DNA from: Pyrinomonadaceae bacterium
GTDB lineage: Bacteria > Acidobacteriota > Blastocatellia > Pyrinomonadales > Pyrinomonadaceae
Direction: 5' to 3'
DNA: 64,000 bases
Assembly (NCBI GenBank): GCA_965218105.1
Contig: OZ244585.1
Location: 2,960,597 to 3,024,596, forward strand
Notes under the pieces: model-generated
Database searches by the model: none
The model's input: the letters and a program-made list of their open reading frames with translations, nothing else
Told to the model about the DNA's origin: nothing
Shown here: one piece after another, positions 19,708 to 30,096 of the stretch
How the letters are laid out: the number at the start of each line of letters is the position of its first letter
Numbering within the stretch: the stretch's first letter is position 1
Program-made: the position numbers and the translations under genes

Positions 19708-20190
19708 ATGGATTATCAATTATTAGTTCGTGAAGCGCGAAAGGCGGACATTGCGGCAATCGCCATTTTGATTCGGGAATTCGCCGAATTTGAGCAGCTT
19801 TCCGATTGGTGCGAAGTAACCGACGACGATCTGCACGAAGCGATTTTCGGCAAAAATAGTTTCGTCAAGGCGTTGGTGGCGATGGCGGGCGAGCGTTACG
19901 CCGGTTACGCGCTTTATTATCCGGTATTCAAGAGTTTTCGCGGCGAGCGCGGTATTTTTCTCGAAGATTTATATATCACGCCCGATTTGCGCGGCAACGG
20001 TTTGGGTCTTGTGATGCTGCGCGAAGTTGCCAAATATGCGAAAGAGCAAGGTTTCACGCGAATGGACTGGCAGACGCTCAAATGGAACGAACCGGCGATA
20101 AATTTTTACAAAAATCTCGGCGCGGAAGCGGACGATGAAAATTACGATTTTCGTCTGCGCGGCGCGGCTTTCAACGCATTAATCGGCTGA
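19708..20190 (+). CDS. GNAT family N-acetyltransferase
   Basis: RGNGLGLVML acetyl-CoA binding motif. 160 aa. Confidence 0.85.
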   Translation: MDYQLLVREARKADIAAIAILIREFAEFEQLSDWCEVTDDDLHEAIFGKNSFVKALVAMAGERYAGYALYYPVFKSFRGERGIFLEDLYITPDLRGNGLGLVMLREVAKYAKEQGFTRMDWQTLKWNEPAINFYKNLGAEADDENYDFRLRGAAFNALIG

Positions 20191-20216
20191 ATTTCAAAAT
20201 CACAAAAATAGTTTCT

Positions 20217-21191
20217 TTAATCGGCAGCCTTCGATTTTTGATTTTCCGCCTCTCTTTCTATTCGAAGCGGACCTTCCTGCGTCATCAAAACCATATGCGG
20301 ATACGGCATATCAATGCCTGCTTCGTCGAGCGAGTTTTTAATTCCTGTCGCCACGCGGTCGCTGGTTTTACGGATGTTTGACTGTACCGGTTCAGCCCAG
20401 AATAAAACTCTCAAATTAACTGAATTATCTGCCAGTTCAACGACGTTGACATCCGGCGCGGGGTCTTGCAAAACGCCTTCCGTTTTACTTAACATATTCA
20501 AAAGTGCCTGCCGCGCTTCTTCTATCGAGTTGCCGTAATTGATGCCGACAGTGAATTTAACGCGCCGATACTGAAAAGCGGTTCTGACTAAAACCGAGTT
20601 CATATACAGTTCGCTGTTTGGAATCACGACTCTTTCGCCGTCATACGTTTTCATATTCGTGGCGCGAACGGAAATATCTTCCACCGTGCCTTCAAAATCT
20701 TTGATTTTTATCTGGTCGCCGATGTGAAAAGGTCTGTATAAAAGGATCAAAAATCCGGCAAAAAGATTTTGCAGAACATCCTTAAAAGCGAAACCGAGAG
20801 CCACCGAACCGATGCCCAAACCGGCAATCAAACTGCCGGGTGTAACCGTCGGAAAAATAACGGCAATAGAAACAAAAATGCCGATAACGACAGTGATAAA
20901 ATAGCTGATGCGCGCCAACAGCGACGACAGCATCGAATCCATTCCGGCTTTTCCGGCTGCCGTCGAAACAATTTTTCTGACACCGTAAGCAATGCCGAGA
21001 AAAATTATAAAGACAATAATTCCCACCGCAATCACAGGAAGTTTTGCAAAAAAGCCGTTTGCCATATCAACAATAGTATTTTTAGCCGCCTGTCCGGCAC
21101 CGACAAATTCTTCGCCGGCTTTTTTTGCTGATTGATTCGTGTTGGATAATTCCTGATTAGCGTTTTGCAGAAATAGTAAAAATGAAAACAA
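20217..21191 (-). CDS. MscS-family mechanosensitive channel
   Basis: TM helices followed by LYRPFHIGDQIKI...GTVEDISVRATN beta-domain signature. Confidence 0.85.
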   Translation of the reverse strand: MFSFLLFLQNANQELSNTNQSAKKAGEEFVGAGQAAKNTIVDMANGFFAKLPVIAVGIIVFIIFLGIAYGVRKIVSTAAGKAGMDSMLSSLLARISYFITVVIGIFVSIAVIFPTVTPGSLIAGLGIGSVALGFAFKDVLQNLFAGFLILLYRPFHIGDQIKIKDFEGTVEDISVRATNMKTYDGERVVIPNSELYMNSVLVRTAFQYRRVKFTVGINYGNSIEEARQALLNMLSKTEGVLQDPAPDVNVVELADNSVNLRVLFWAEPVQSNIRKTSDRVATGIKNSLDEAGIDMPYPHMVLMTQEGPLRIEREAENQKSKAAD

Positions 21192-21378
21192 AATTTGCTC
21201 CTTAACGTCCTTGTTATTTTTATTTGGGTTTATATTAGCACAGGATTTGGAAAATATTTAAAGTGATGATTTGAAGAGGCGAAGGCTGACATCTTGATCT
21301 AATCTTCGTCGTCAAATTTCTTTCGTCGTAATCAAAATTTTAATTTCATCACGCTCGAATGTAACCTTTCCGTTTGAT

Positions 21379-21567
21379 TTACCCGCGTTTCTTTTCCGGT
21401 CTGACTTTAATCGGCGCGCTCTGTTTCGGTAAATTATGTTCCGCTTTGAAAGTTTGGTCGCCATCCGCCTCATTTATTGCTTTGGCGGTCGCTAATAATT
21501 TTGAATCACTAAGTATTTTTAACGCCGCTTTCGCATTTTTGCTCAATCTCTTTTTTTCTTTTGCCAT
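21379..21567 (-). CDS. Possible small basic protein
   Basis: 62-aa lysine-rich ORF in an otherwise empty gap. No motif support. Confidence 0.3.
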   Translation of the reverse strand: MAKEKKRLSKNAKAALKILSDSKLLATAKAINEADGDQTFKAEHNLPKQSAPIKVRPEKKRG

Positions 21568-21625
21568 TATTTTTTCTTTATTTTCCTTTTTACAAATTTG
21601 TTATTTTACAAAATCGTCACTGTCT

Positions 21626-22744
21626 TCAAAGTTTTACAATCCAGCCGCCGCCGACGCATTCTTCGCCGTCGTAAAAAACGGTCGCCTGTCCGGGCGTGAT
21701 GGCGGATTGCGGTTCGTCGAAAACTATTCGGGCGCGATTGTCGGCGAGCGCGTGAATCGTCGCGGGCGCGGGATCGTGGCGATAACGCACTTTGACGGAC
21801 GCGCGAACGGGTTCGTCGGACGCGTCGAACGCCACCCAGTTTACGCCTTTGGCGATGAATTCCATTGCGTCTAATTCTTCTTTTTCGCCGACGATAATTT
21901 GATTTTTGGCGCGTTCGATTTGCAGCACGTATAACGGTTTTTCGTGCGCGATGCCGAGTCCGCGCCGCTGTCCGATGGTGTAACGATGAATTCCCGAATG
22001 CTCGTTTAATTTTTCGCCTTTCGCGTTGACAATATCGCCCGTTTTCGGCAACTCGTCGGCGCGGTTTTCGTGGTTCAAATAACGATCAATAAATTCGGAA
22101 TATTTGCCGTCGGGAACGAAACAGATTTCCTGCGATTCCTGTTTTTCGGCGACGTAGAGATTGTTTTCCCGCGCGATGTCGCGGACTTCCGATTTTAACA
22201 TTTCGCCGAGCGGAAAATACGCGCGGGAAAGCTGATCCTGCGTTAATTCCCACAAAAAATAGCTCTGGTCTTTCCAGTGATTTTTCCCGCGAAAAAGACG
22301 ATAACGATTTGCCGTTTCGTCATATTCGACGCGGGCGAAATGTCCGGTCGCCACTTTGTCGCAATCCAAACTGCGCGCCATTTTGTCGAGCGACGCGAAT
22401 TTCAGACGCGAATTACAGGCGACGCACGGAATCGGCGTTTCGCCGTCCAGATAACTCTGCACGAAAGGTTCGACGACGGATTTTTCAAATTCCTGTTCGA
22501 GATTCAGAACGTAAAACGGAATGCCGATTGATTCGGCAACGCGCCGCGCGTCATAAACGTCGTCGAGCGAACAGCAGCGGCTGGGAAGCGGATCGCCGTT
22601 TTCGTCCACTGAAATGCCGCGCCGCTGATTCCAGAGCTGCATCGTAAATCCGACGAGTTCGTGTCCCTGTTCTTTCAAAAGTGCCGCCGCGCTCGAAGAA
22701 TCTACGCCGCCGCTCATTGCTACCGCTATTTTCATTTTGTTCAC
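21626..22744 (-). CDS. mnmA: tRNA-specific 2-thiouridylase
   Basis: [15 protein letters not shown]-loop. 372 aa with typical MnmA layout. Confidence 0.93.
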   Translation of the reverse strand: MNKMKIAVAMSGGVDSSSAAALLKEQGHELVGFTMQLWNQRRGISVDENGDPLPSRCCSLDDVYDARRVAESIGIPFYVLNLEQEFEKSVVEPFVQSYLDGETPIPCVACNSRLKFASLDKMARSLDCDKVATGHFARVEYDETANRYRLFRGKNHWKDQSYFLWELTQDQLSRAYFPLGEMLKSEVRDIARENNLYVAEKQESQEICFVPDGKYSEFIDRYLNHENRADELPKTGDIVNAKGEKLNEHSGIHRYTIGQRRGLGIAHEKPLYVLQIERAKNQIIVGEKEELDAMEFIAKGVNWVAFDASDEPVRASVKVRYRHDPAPATIHALADNRARIVFDEPQSAITPGQATVFYDGEECVGGGWIVKL

Positions 22745-22827
22745 CGATAATTTTCTTTGATGCTATTTTTTCAAAAGCAATTTATAATTATAACAGACCG
22801 TTACAAAATATCAGAGATCAACCGTTT

Positions 22828-23040
22828 ATGAAAAGATGTCCGAAATGCGGCAGTGTTTATGAAGATGACGTTCGTTTTTGCGCGACTGACGGAACGCCGG
22901 ACGAAATTGACGTTCTGCCGGTTGATGACCGCATCACTATCGAAAGACGCGAAAACGAAAAAAGCCCGTGGTATTATGTCACCTGCGAACACGGCGCGAG
23001 CGGCTGGATGCACGGCAACACGATTGAATTCACGCAATAA
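22828..23040 (+). CDS. Small zinc-ribbon protein
   Basis: MKRCPKCGSVY...FCATDG. Start moved to the internal ATG at 22828. Confidence 0.5.
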   Translation: MKRCPKCGSVYEDDVRFCATDGTPDEIDVLPVDDRITIERRENEKSPWYYVTCEHGASGWMHGNTIEFTQ

Positions 23041-23043
23041 AAA

Positions 23044-23145
23044 AGTACCGCAGTCGTCCCGACTGCTGTCTTGAGTGCGTCTCGCGCTCAAGATTGCCGG
23101 GAAGCGAGACGCTTCTCGGACGGCAGTCGGGACGACTGCGGTACT
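23044..23145. repeat. MITE/REP-like palindromic element, family 2, copy 1
   Basis: agtaccgcagtcgtcccgactgc ... gcagtcgggacgactgcggtact. Related inverted copy at 46821-46914. Confidence 0.8.
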
Positions 23146-23163
23146 CTTTTTTCTACGATATGA

Positions 23164-26100
23164 TTATTCGTCTAATTGAATATCGTCCATATTATCTTCC
23201 GATTCCGAAACATCAATCAGCGACGCGCTCGTAACCATATCGCCGTCGTTCATCCGAATCAGCGTTACGCCCTGTGCGCTTCTGCCGGTTTTGCGGATTT
23301 CTCCGGCTTCGAGACGAATAAGTTTCGCCTGCTGAGTGATAATAATTACTTCCGAATCAGGATCAACCGGGAAAACGGCGACGACTTTGCCGGTTTTCTT
23401 CGTCGTTTTCATATTTATCACGCCGACTCCGGCGCGTGACTGCAAGCGATATGTGCCGACGGTGGTTTGTTTGCCGAAACCCTGTTCGGAAATCGAAAGC
23501 ATATTTTCGGTTTCTTCTTTCGAGACGGCGCACGCCGACACGACGTAATCGCCTTTGCGAAGTTTGATGCCGCGTACGCCGCGCGCGACGCGACCGAGCG
23601 GGCGCGTGTCCGTTTCGTCAAAACGAATCGCCATTCCGTCGTGTGACGCGATGAAGATTTGTTTTGTCCCGTCGGTTTCAAAAACGTTCAGCAGTTCGTC
23701 GTCATCGTCAATATTTATCGCATTGATGCCGTTGGCGCGAATGTTTTGATATTCGGTCAAAGCCGATTTTTTGACGATGCCTTTTTTCGTCACCATCGTA
23801 ACGTAAACGTCGTCGGTAAAATCTTTAACCGCCAAGACTTCGACGAGTTTGCGTTCGGTCGGAATGCTTATCAAATTGACCAACGCTTTGCCGCGAGCCG
23901 CTGTGTCGGCTTCGGGGATTTCGTGGACTTTGATTTTGAAAACTTGTCCGTCGTCGGTGAAAATCATCAGAAACGCGTGCGTCGAAGCGGTGAAAAGATG
24001 ATCTATAAAATCTTCATTTTTCGCTTTTGCGCCGAAGCGACCTTTGCCGCCGCGAATCTGCGTCGAATAAGCGGAAACCGGCGTACGTTTGATGTAACCA
24101 GCTTTGGTGACAGTAATTGCGACTTCTTCGTCGGGGATCAAATCTTCAATTTTCAGTTCGATTCCGGCATCAACGATGACCGTTTTGCGTTCGTCGCCGA
24201 ATAATTTTCTGACTTCCTTGAGTTCGTCAACGATTACTTGTCGAAGCAGCTGTTCGTTTGCCAGAATTGATTCCAGTTCGCCGATAAATTTCAAAATTGA
24301 TTCGAGTTCGTCAATGATTTTCTGACGTTCGAGCGCGGACAAGCGGCGAAGCTGCAAATCTAAAATCGCCTGCGCCTGAATATCGGAAAACTGTAAGTCA
24401 CTAATGACTTTCTCCAGTTCTGTAACAAAACCGGCGGTCGTCTTTTCGGCGGAAATGCCGCGCCAAGTGTTGATTTCATTGATGTTCGCAAAAGTTCCCG
24501 TCAACCAAGATTTCGCTTCATCAATCGAACGCGAATTGCGAATCAGCGGAATAATATAGTCGAGCGCGTCAATCGCTTTGTTCAAACCTTCCAAAATATG
24601 CGCCCGCGCCCGCGCCTTTCGCAGTTCAAATTCGGTGCGGCGGCGCACGACTTCGCGGCGAAATTCGACAAACGCTTCGAGCATTTGTTTGAGATTCAAA
24701 ACCTGCGGCTGTCCGTCAACAATCGCAATGCTGATGATGCCGAACGACATCTGCAGTTGCGTCATTTTATAGAGTTTGTTGAGAACAATCTGCGGCACGG
24801 CATCGCGTTTGAGTTCGATGACGACGCGAATTCCTTCGCGGTTCGATTCGTCACGGATTTCCGAAATGCCGTCGAGTTTTTTCTCGTTGACGAGTTCGGC
24901 GATGCGTTCGATCAACCGCGATTTGTTCAACTGATACGGAATTTCGGTAACGACCACCGCGTCGCGTTCAGTGTTTCCGCGCCCGACGCGATCAATCGCG
25001 GCTTTCGCCCGCATCTGCAAAATCCCGCGTCCTTCACGATAAGCGCGGTGAATTTCTTCGCGCCCGTAAATAAATCCGCCGGTCGGAAAATCCGGTCCGG
25101 GAACGATTTCGATCAGTTGATCTATCGTAATCTTCGGATTTTTAATCAATTCAATCGTCGCCGTCACGATTTCCGTCAAATTATGCGGCGGAATCTTCGT
25201 CGCCATTCCGACGGCGATGCCTTCCGAACCGTTGACCAGCAGATTCGGAAACCGCGCCGGCAAAACTTTCGGCTCCGACAAAGATTCATCGTAATTCGGC
25301 TGAAAATCCACGGTTTCCTTTTCAATATCCGCTAAAAGCTCGGAAGTAAGTTTCTGCATTCTTATTTCCGTATATCGCATTGCCGCCGCGTTATCGCCGT
25401 CTATTGAGTTATGGACGAATACGCCGTCAGCTAAGAGAAAGTTGTGATGCTCGTCAACTGTGATGTCGTAAACATCCACTTTTTCTTCAAGCCGTCGAAT
25501 TTCAGCTATTTTGTGATTATAGTTTTCAGAAACACTTATAAATTCATCAAAAGAATCAAAGTAAACCGCCACTTTTTCAAACTTTGGAATCCAGTTGGCA
25601 TCGCGCTGAGATTGGTAAAGTTCGGGCGTAATTTTCTCGCGTCCGAATTCGCCAATCAAAATTGAGCCGTAACGCGAAATTCGCTTTCGCATAACTTGCT
25701 TTTTATAAGCTTCATTTTTCCATTTATTTCGCAGCGAAACTGCGGCGATCTTCGCCATTTCGCTCATCATATTCGGATTTTCGAGCAGCCTTTTTTCGTT
25801 GCTTGATTTTACGCCGCGAATTTGCGCTTCGACAAAAGCAGAATTTTTTCTCTGATTTTTAATTTTTTCACGATGAATTTTGACGGCTTGCGGTTTCGAC
25901 CAAAAAGCATTCGCCATATTTGAAAAATGATTTCCGTCATATTTGGCGCGATATTCTTCCGTTTGCCACAGACGCTTTGAATTTTCGCTCATTTTTGAGC
26001 GGACTTCTTCGGAAGCCAGAGCGCGGGAAATCGCTTCGACAATTTCGCCGCGTTTCGCCTCGTCCTGCCACATCGCTTTGCTTTTCTCGGAAATAATTTT

Positions 26101-27294
26101 TGCGACGCGTATCTTTTCTTGCGCTGATAATTCTCGTTTTTCAATATCCGCTAAGGCTTCGCTCATTTTTCGGCGGTAATCTTCATCAGCCCACAACGAC
26201 TTCATTCGTTCCGAAATATCTATCGCCAATTGTGGGTTTTCAGCGTGGCTTCGTTTTAATCCTTTGGAGACGCGCTTTCCGTTTTCCTGTCGAAACTTTT
26301 CATCTCTATTTTGTTCGACAAAGCGTTTTTTGCGTTCTTCTAAAACTTGCGGATTCTCAGCGTAATAATCCCGCACACCTTCTCTTTGTGCTTGACGAAA
26401 TTCTTCCGACTTCCAAAGTTCGCCGATTTGTTCGGCGTGAAGATGCAGATGTTCGAGAAAATCCATTCGTTCGATGTTCGTTGGGCGATTATCAAAACGA
26501 TTAAAGTTTTTATGATGACGAACAAGCGCGCCGTTGAAATTTTTTGCCAAACCTTTTTCTCGATTAAATTGGTCGGCTAAACAATGCACGAATTCGTAAC
26601 TTTCGGAGTTCGGCTGCCAAACTTGTAGATAATCATTCAAGCCCGGTTTAACCGGCGCGTTTTGAAAATAACCCGCCATCAAACTGTCTTCGACGGTTAA
26701 ATCTTCGGCTTGCTTATAAGTTCCACCGCGAAGCAAAAAACGATGGTCAGGCGTACAGCGAATTTTCGCCCCGTTATCTAAAACGACTTCAATAATTTCC
26801 GCTTTTCGTTTCGTAATTCGTGAATTTCGTCCTTCGCCAACGACAATTTTGCCGGTTTTATCAACCGAATAAACGTGAAAAATCTCGTTTTTCGGCAATT
26901 CGGCTAATTCGGCGAATGTCTTTTCCGTTCCGTCAAGCAATTTAATTTTCGTGTCGCCCGTAAAACAGCCGAAATTTCCTTGTCCGTCAACGAGCATATA
27001 ACGCATCGAAAATTCCTGCGCCATTCGGACAATTGTTTCGTAAACGGCAGTGTCGCCGTGCGGGTGATATTTTCCGATACAATCGCCGACGACACGCGCT
27101 GATTTTTTGTACGGGCGATTGTAATAATTGCCGAGTTCCTGCATCGCCCATAAAACGCGGCGATGAACGGGTTTTAGACCGTCGCGCACGTCGGGCAGGG
27201 CGCGTCCGATGATGACGCTCATTGCGTAATCGAGATACGATTTACGCATCTCGTCTTCGATGTTTACCTGATTGCGTTCTAATGCTGAATCCAT
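23164..27294 (-). CDS. gyrA: DNA gyrase subunit A, interrupted by a 520-aa intein
   Basis: 1376 aa. After removal of residues 110-629 the junction reads [25 protein letters not shown], the conserved GyrA active-site region. Confidence 0.95.
   Translation of the reverse strand: [1376 protein letters not shown]
25408..26967 (-). mobile_element. GyrA intein with an HNH-type homing-endonuclease domain
   Basis: Starts CFTGDTKI (block A), CTPDH (block B), ends [23 protein letters not shown] (blocks F/G). The interior has [25 protein letters not shown] (HNH) and about 6 repeats of W..(E/D)(E/D)(Y/F)R-type helices. Confidence 0.85.
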
Positions 27295-27530
27295 TTGTTT
27301 TTCCTTAAAATAATTTTGCTAAAGTAGTTGTGAAACTTTTGTAAAAGGCGTGGACATAAATAAAAGTCTGGACATTTAAATGATTTAAAATGTATTATTA
27401 TTTTACAGGTAAAACGCCTGTTTAGCAACTGTCGAAATCTTTGCAAGACACTCAAAAAAAACCATTTCCCGATAGTTTTAGCTGCAATTTTTCAAACACT
27501 CTTAAATCAAAATAATTTCAGAGGTAGATT

Positions 27531-28289
27531 ATGATTTCATCTCCTGCGACGGAAAGCGAAAACCGTCGGATTCAAAGAATGTCGCTGACCTTGCCGATTC
27601 GCGTCGAATCGCACGTCAATGAAAATACCGCTTGGAATGAAGTAACGCGGCTGAACGACGTTTCCGCTTTCGGCGCGGGTTTTAATCTGAGCCGTCCCGT
27701 CAAACGCGGACGACTTCTTCAAATGACGATTCCGATGCCGCGCAAATTACGCAGTTTTGATTTTACCGAGCCGCAGTACAAAGTTTGGGGTTTGGTGAGA
27801 AGCTGTATCACCAGAAAAAACGGTTCTTCACCCGACACTTACGCGGTCGGAACGGCTTTTATAGGAAAAAATCCGCCTAAAATTTATTATAACGATCCGG
27901 CGATGCTGTTTGACATTTCGCACCGCGGCGACGGAAGTATGTGGCAGGTCATAACCGCTCAAAGTAATCCTGACGAAAGCAATCTGCCGAAGGAACTGCG
28001 CCGCCATTCGAGATATTCGATTCCGGCTAATGTAATTGTCGAGGTTATGGATGAAGAGGGAAACGTATCGGCGAGCGAGCCGACCTTTACCGAAAATCTG
28101 AGTTTGAGCGGCGCGGCACTTTTTACCACGCTCGCCGCCGAAGTCGGCTCTTTCGTGCGCGTTAAAAGCGAACAGTATAATGTTTCGATTATTGCGGTAG
28201 TTCGCGGCAGACGCGACGGACGGGACGGAATTCCGCGTCTGCACGTCGAATTTGTTGATCGTTTTTTCCCGCTCGAAGGCATCGTATAA
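27531..28289 (+). CDS. Tandem PilZ-domain protein (c-di-GMP receptor-like)
   Basis: Two RxxxR ... (D/N)xSxxG pairs: RRIQRMS/NDVSAFGAGF and RRHSRYS/ENLSLSGAALF. Confidence 0.75.
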   Translation: MISSPATESENRRIQRMSLTLPIRVESHVNENTAWNEVTRLNDVSAFGAGFNLSRPVKRGRLLQMTIPMPRKLRSFDFTEPQYKVWGLVRSCITRKNGSSPDTYAVGTAFIGKNPPKIYYNDPAMLFDISHRGDGSMWQVITAQSNPDESNLPKELRRHSRYSIPANVIVEVMDEEGNVSASEPTFTENLSLSGAALFTTLAAEVGSFVRVKSEQYNVSIIAVVRGRRDGRDGIPRLHVEFVDRFFPLEGIV

Positions 28290-28383
28290 AGGCAAACTTG
28301 TCAATACTCGAAAAAAAGTGTTTAATGATAGTTTGCTCTGTCAAACCGACAATCAGGAGTAAAAGGGAGTGTGAGAGGAAAAA

Positions 28384-28620
28384 GTGGCTTTTATATCACT
28401 AAATAACAACGAATCAATTGAAAATGCGCTTCGTCGTTTTAAGCGCAAAGTAATTACCGAAGAGATTATCAAAGATTTGAAAAAGCACGCGCATTTCGTG
28501 CCGCCCGGACAAAAGGCGAAACTGAAATCGGCAAACGCCCGCAAGCGTAATCGCAAGCGTTATCGCCCGTCAACGCGCAGCTTTAACAATAACGCCGGTG
28601 GAAACACAGGCGGCAGATAA
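28384..28620 (+). CDS. rpsU: 30S ribosomal protein S21
   Basis: NESIENALRRFKRKV signature. GTG start per the track. Confidence 0.85.
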   Translation: MAFISLNNNESIENALRRFKRKVITEEIIKDLKKHAHFVPPGQKAKLKSANARKRNRKRYRPSTRSFNNNAGGNTGGR

Positions 28621-28710
28621 GTAAAAAGACAAAAGTAAAAACAGAGAAATATCGGATGTTTCACAATGAAACTTTTACTTGAGTGCTTAATCTAAATATT
28701 CAAATTTGTG

Positions 28711-28768
28711 ATGCGTGATGCTGAAAAGTTTTTATTTCAAAACTTTGGCATCACGCATTTTTTATTTT
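28711..28768 (+). terminator. Rho-independent terminator after rpsU
   Basis: atgcgtgatgctgaaaagttt ... aaactttggcatcacgcat followed by a T-run. Confidence 0.7.
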
Positions 28769-29530
28769 ATGAGTTCGGAAAAAATTCGCATTTTATTGAC
28801 CAACGACGACGGTTATCATTCGGAAGGAATCATCGCGCTGGAAAACGCGCTGCTTGAAATCGGCGATGTGTACGTCGTCGCGCCCGCGTCGGAAATGTCG
28901 GGCGCGTCGCACAGTTTAACGCTTTCCAGACCGTTGCGGATTCGGCAGATTGACGCGCGCCACTGGACGGTTGACGGAACGCCGACCGATTGCGTAACGC
29001 TCGCCCTGAATCAGATTTTACCGATTGAGGAACGACCGCATATTTGCGCTTCGGGAATAAATCACGGCGCGAATTTGGGCGATGACGCGACTTATTCGGG
29101 AACGGTCGCCGGCGCGCTCGAAGCGACGATTTTGGGCGTTCCCGGATTAGCTTTTAGTTTAGTTGCGAACAGAAATCAGGATTTTACCGAATCGGCTAAA
29201 ATTGCCCGACAAATGACGGAAAAAGCGATCAGAGAAGGTTTGCCCGAAGAAACTTTGTTAAATATTAACGTGCCGAAAGGCGTGCCGAAAGGCATTCGCG
29301 TTACAAAACAGGGTTTCAAAAACGCGCGTCCGGTCATCAGCGAGCATCTTGATCCGCGCGGGAAATTGTATTACTGGATCGGCGAAGAGCGAAGCGGTTT
29401 TCACGCCGAAGGCGGCACGGATTTTGAAGCGATTGACGAAGGTTTCGTGTCGGTTACGCCGATGCGAAGCGATTTGACGAATCATAAGGCGATTGAAATT
29501 TTACAGAACTGGAATGAAGTTTCCGCGTGA
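28769..29530 (+). CDS. surE: 5'/3'-nucleotidase SurE
   Basis: ILLTNDDGYHSEGI. Start moved to the ATG at 28769, downstream of the terminator. Confidence 0.9.
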   Translation: MSSEKIRILLTNDDGYHSEGIIALENALLEIGDVYVVAPASEMSGASHSLTLSRPLRIRQIDARHWTVDGTPTDCVTLALNQILPIEERPHICASGINHGANLGDDATYSGTVAGALEATILGVPGLAFSLVANRNQDFTESAKIARQMTEKAIREGLPEETLLNINVPKGVPKGIRVTKQGFKNARPVISEHLDPRGKLYYWIGEERSGFHAEGGTDFEAIDEGFVSVTPMRSDLTNHKAIEILQNWNEVSA

Positions 29531-29559
29531 TATTTTTTGTAATCTCCGGTTAAAATTGT

Positions 29560-30096
29560 ATGTCAGACGAAATCGAAAATTACACACCGCAAATTGTTCT
29601 AAGAAATCAGAAAGGACAAGCGTTTACGGTTTGGGGAATTTTCGGGTTTTTGATCGCCGGATTGATTTTTTTGATTCTGCTCGCGCCGCTCGCCGAAGCC
29701 AATAATTTAACCGGCATTTCAAATCCGATTTATAAATTTTTCAGTTTTATCTGCCATCAAATGCCGTCGCGTTCGTTTCATCTGGAAAATCACAGTTTCG
29801 CCGTTTGTTCGAGATGCTTCGGAATTTATGCCGGTTTGTTCGCCGGTTTTTTGGCTTATCCTTTTTTTCGCTCAATCGAAGAAGTTGAACCGCTGCCGCG
29901 ATTTTGGCTGTTTTTGGCGTTGATTCCGATGGGCGCAGATTGGTCGCTCGGGTTTTTCGGCATTTGGGAAAATACTCATTTTTCGCGTTTTCTGACCGGA
30001 TTAATTTTGGGAATAACCTGCGCGATTTTTATAATTCCGGCGTTGGTCGAACTTGCCCGACTTATTTCATATAAAATAAAAAGGCTGTCATATTGA
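29560..30096 (+). CDS. DUF2085 membrane protein
   Basis: CHQMPSRSF ... CSRCFGIY with 4-5 TM segments. Confidence 0.75.
   Translation: MSDEIENYTPQIVLRNQKGQAFTVWGIFGFLIAGLIFLILLAPLAEANNLTGISNPIYKFFSFICHQMPSRSFHLENHSFAVCSRCFGIYAGLFAGFLAYPFFRSIEEVEPLPRFWLFLALIPMGADWSLGFFGIWENTHFSRFLTGLILGITCAIFIIPALVELARLISYKIKRLSY

Noticed and set aside
21374-21874. 166-aa plus-strand ORF
   Set aside because: It overlaps the 3' end of mnmA in antisense and has hydrophobic low-complexity sequence.
24598-25335. 245-aa plus-strand ORF and other plus-strand ORFs across 23176-26580
   Set aside because: They are antisense shadows of gyrA and its intein.
23164-27294. The idea that the 1376-aa gyrA ORF is a fusion artefact or contains an inserted transposon
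   Set aside because: The insert is in frame, begins with Cys and ends with His-Asn followed by Ser, and carries intein blocks. Excising it restores the conserved GyrA sequence exactly.
27828-28304. 158-aa and 107-aa minus-strand ORFs
   Set aside because: They are antisense to the tandem PilZ gene.
28715-28768. The N-terminal extension of surE in the ORF track. Similar extensions occur at 35385-35423, 40817-40876, 40907-40939, 14850-14912, 11001-11021, 22681-22827, 62453-62500 and 63135-63170.
   Set aside because: The extensions run through terminator hairpins or low-complexity leader repeats. Internal ATGs give N-termini that match the family consensus.
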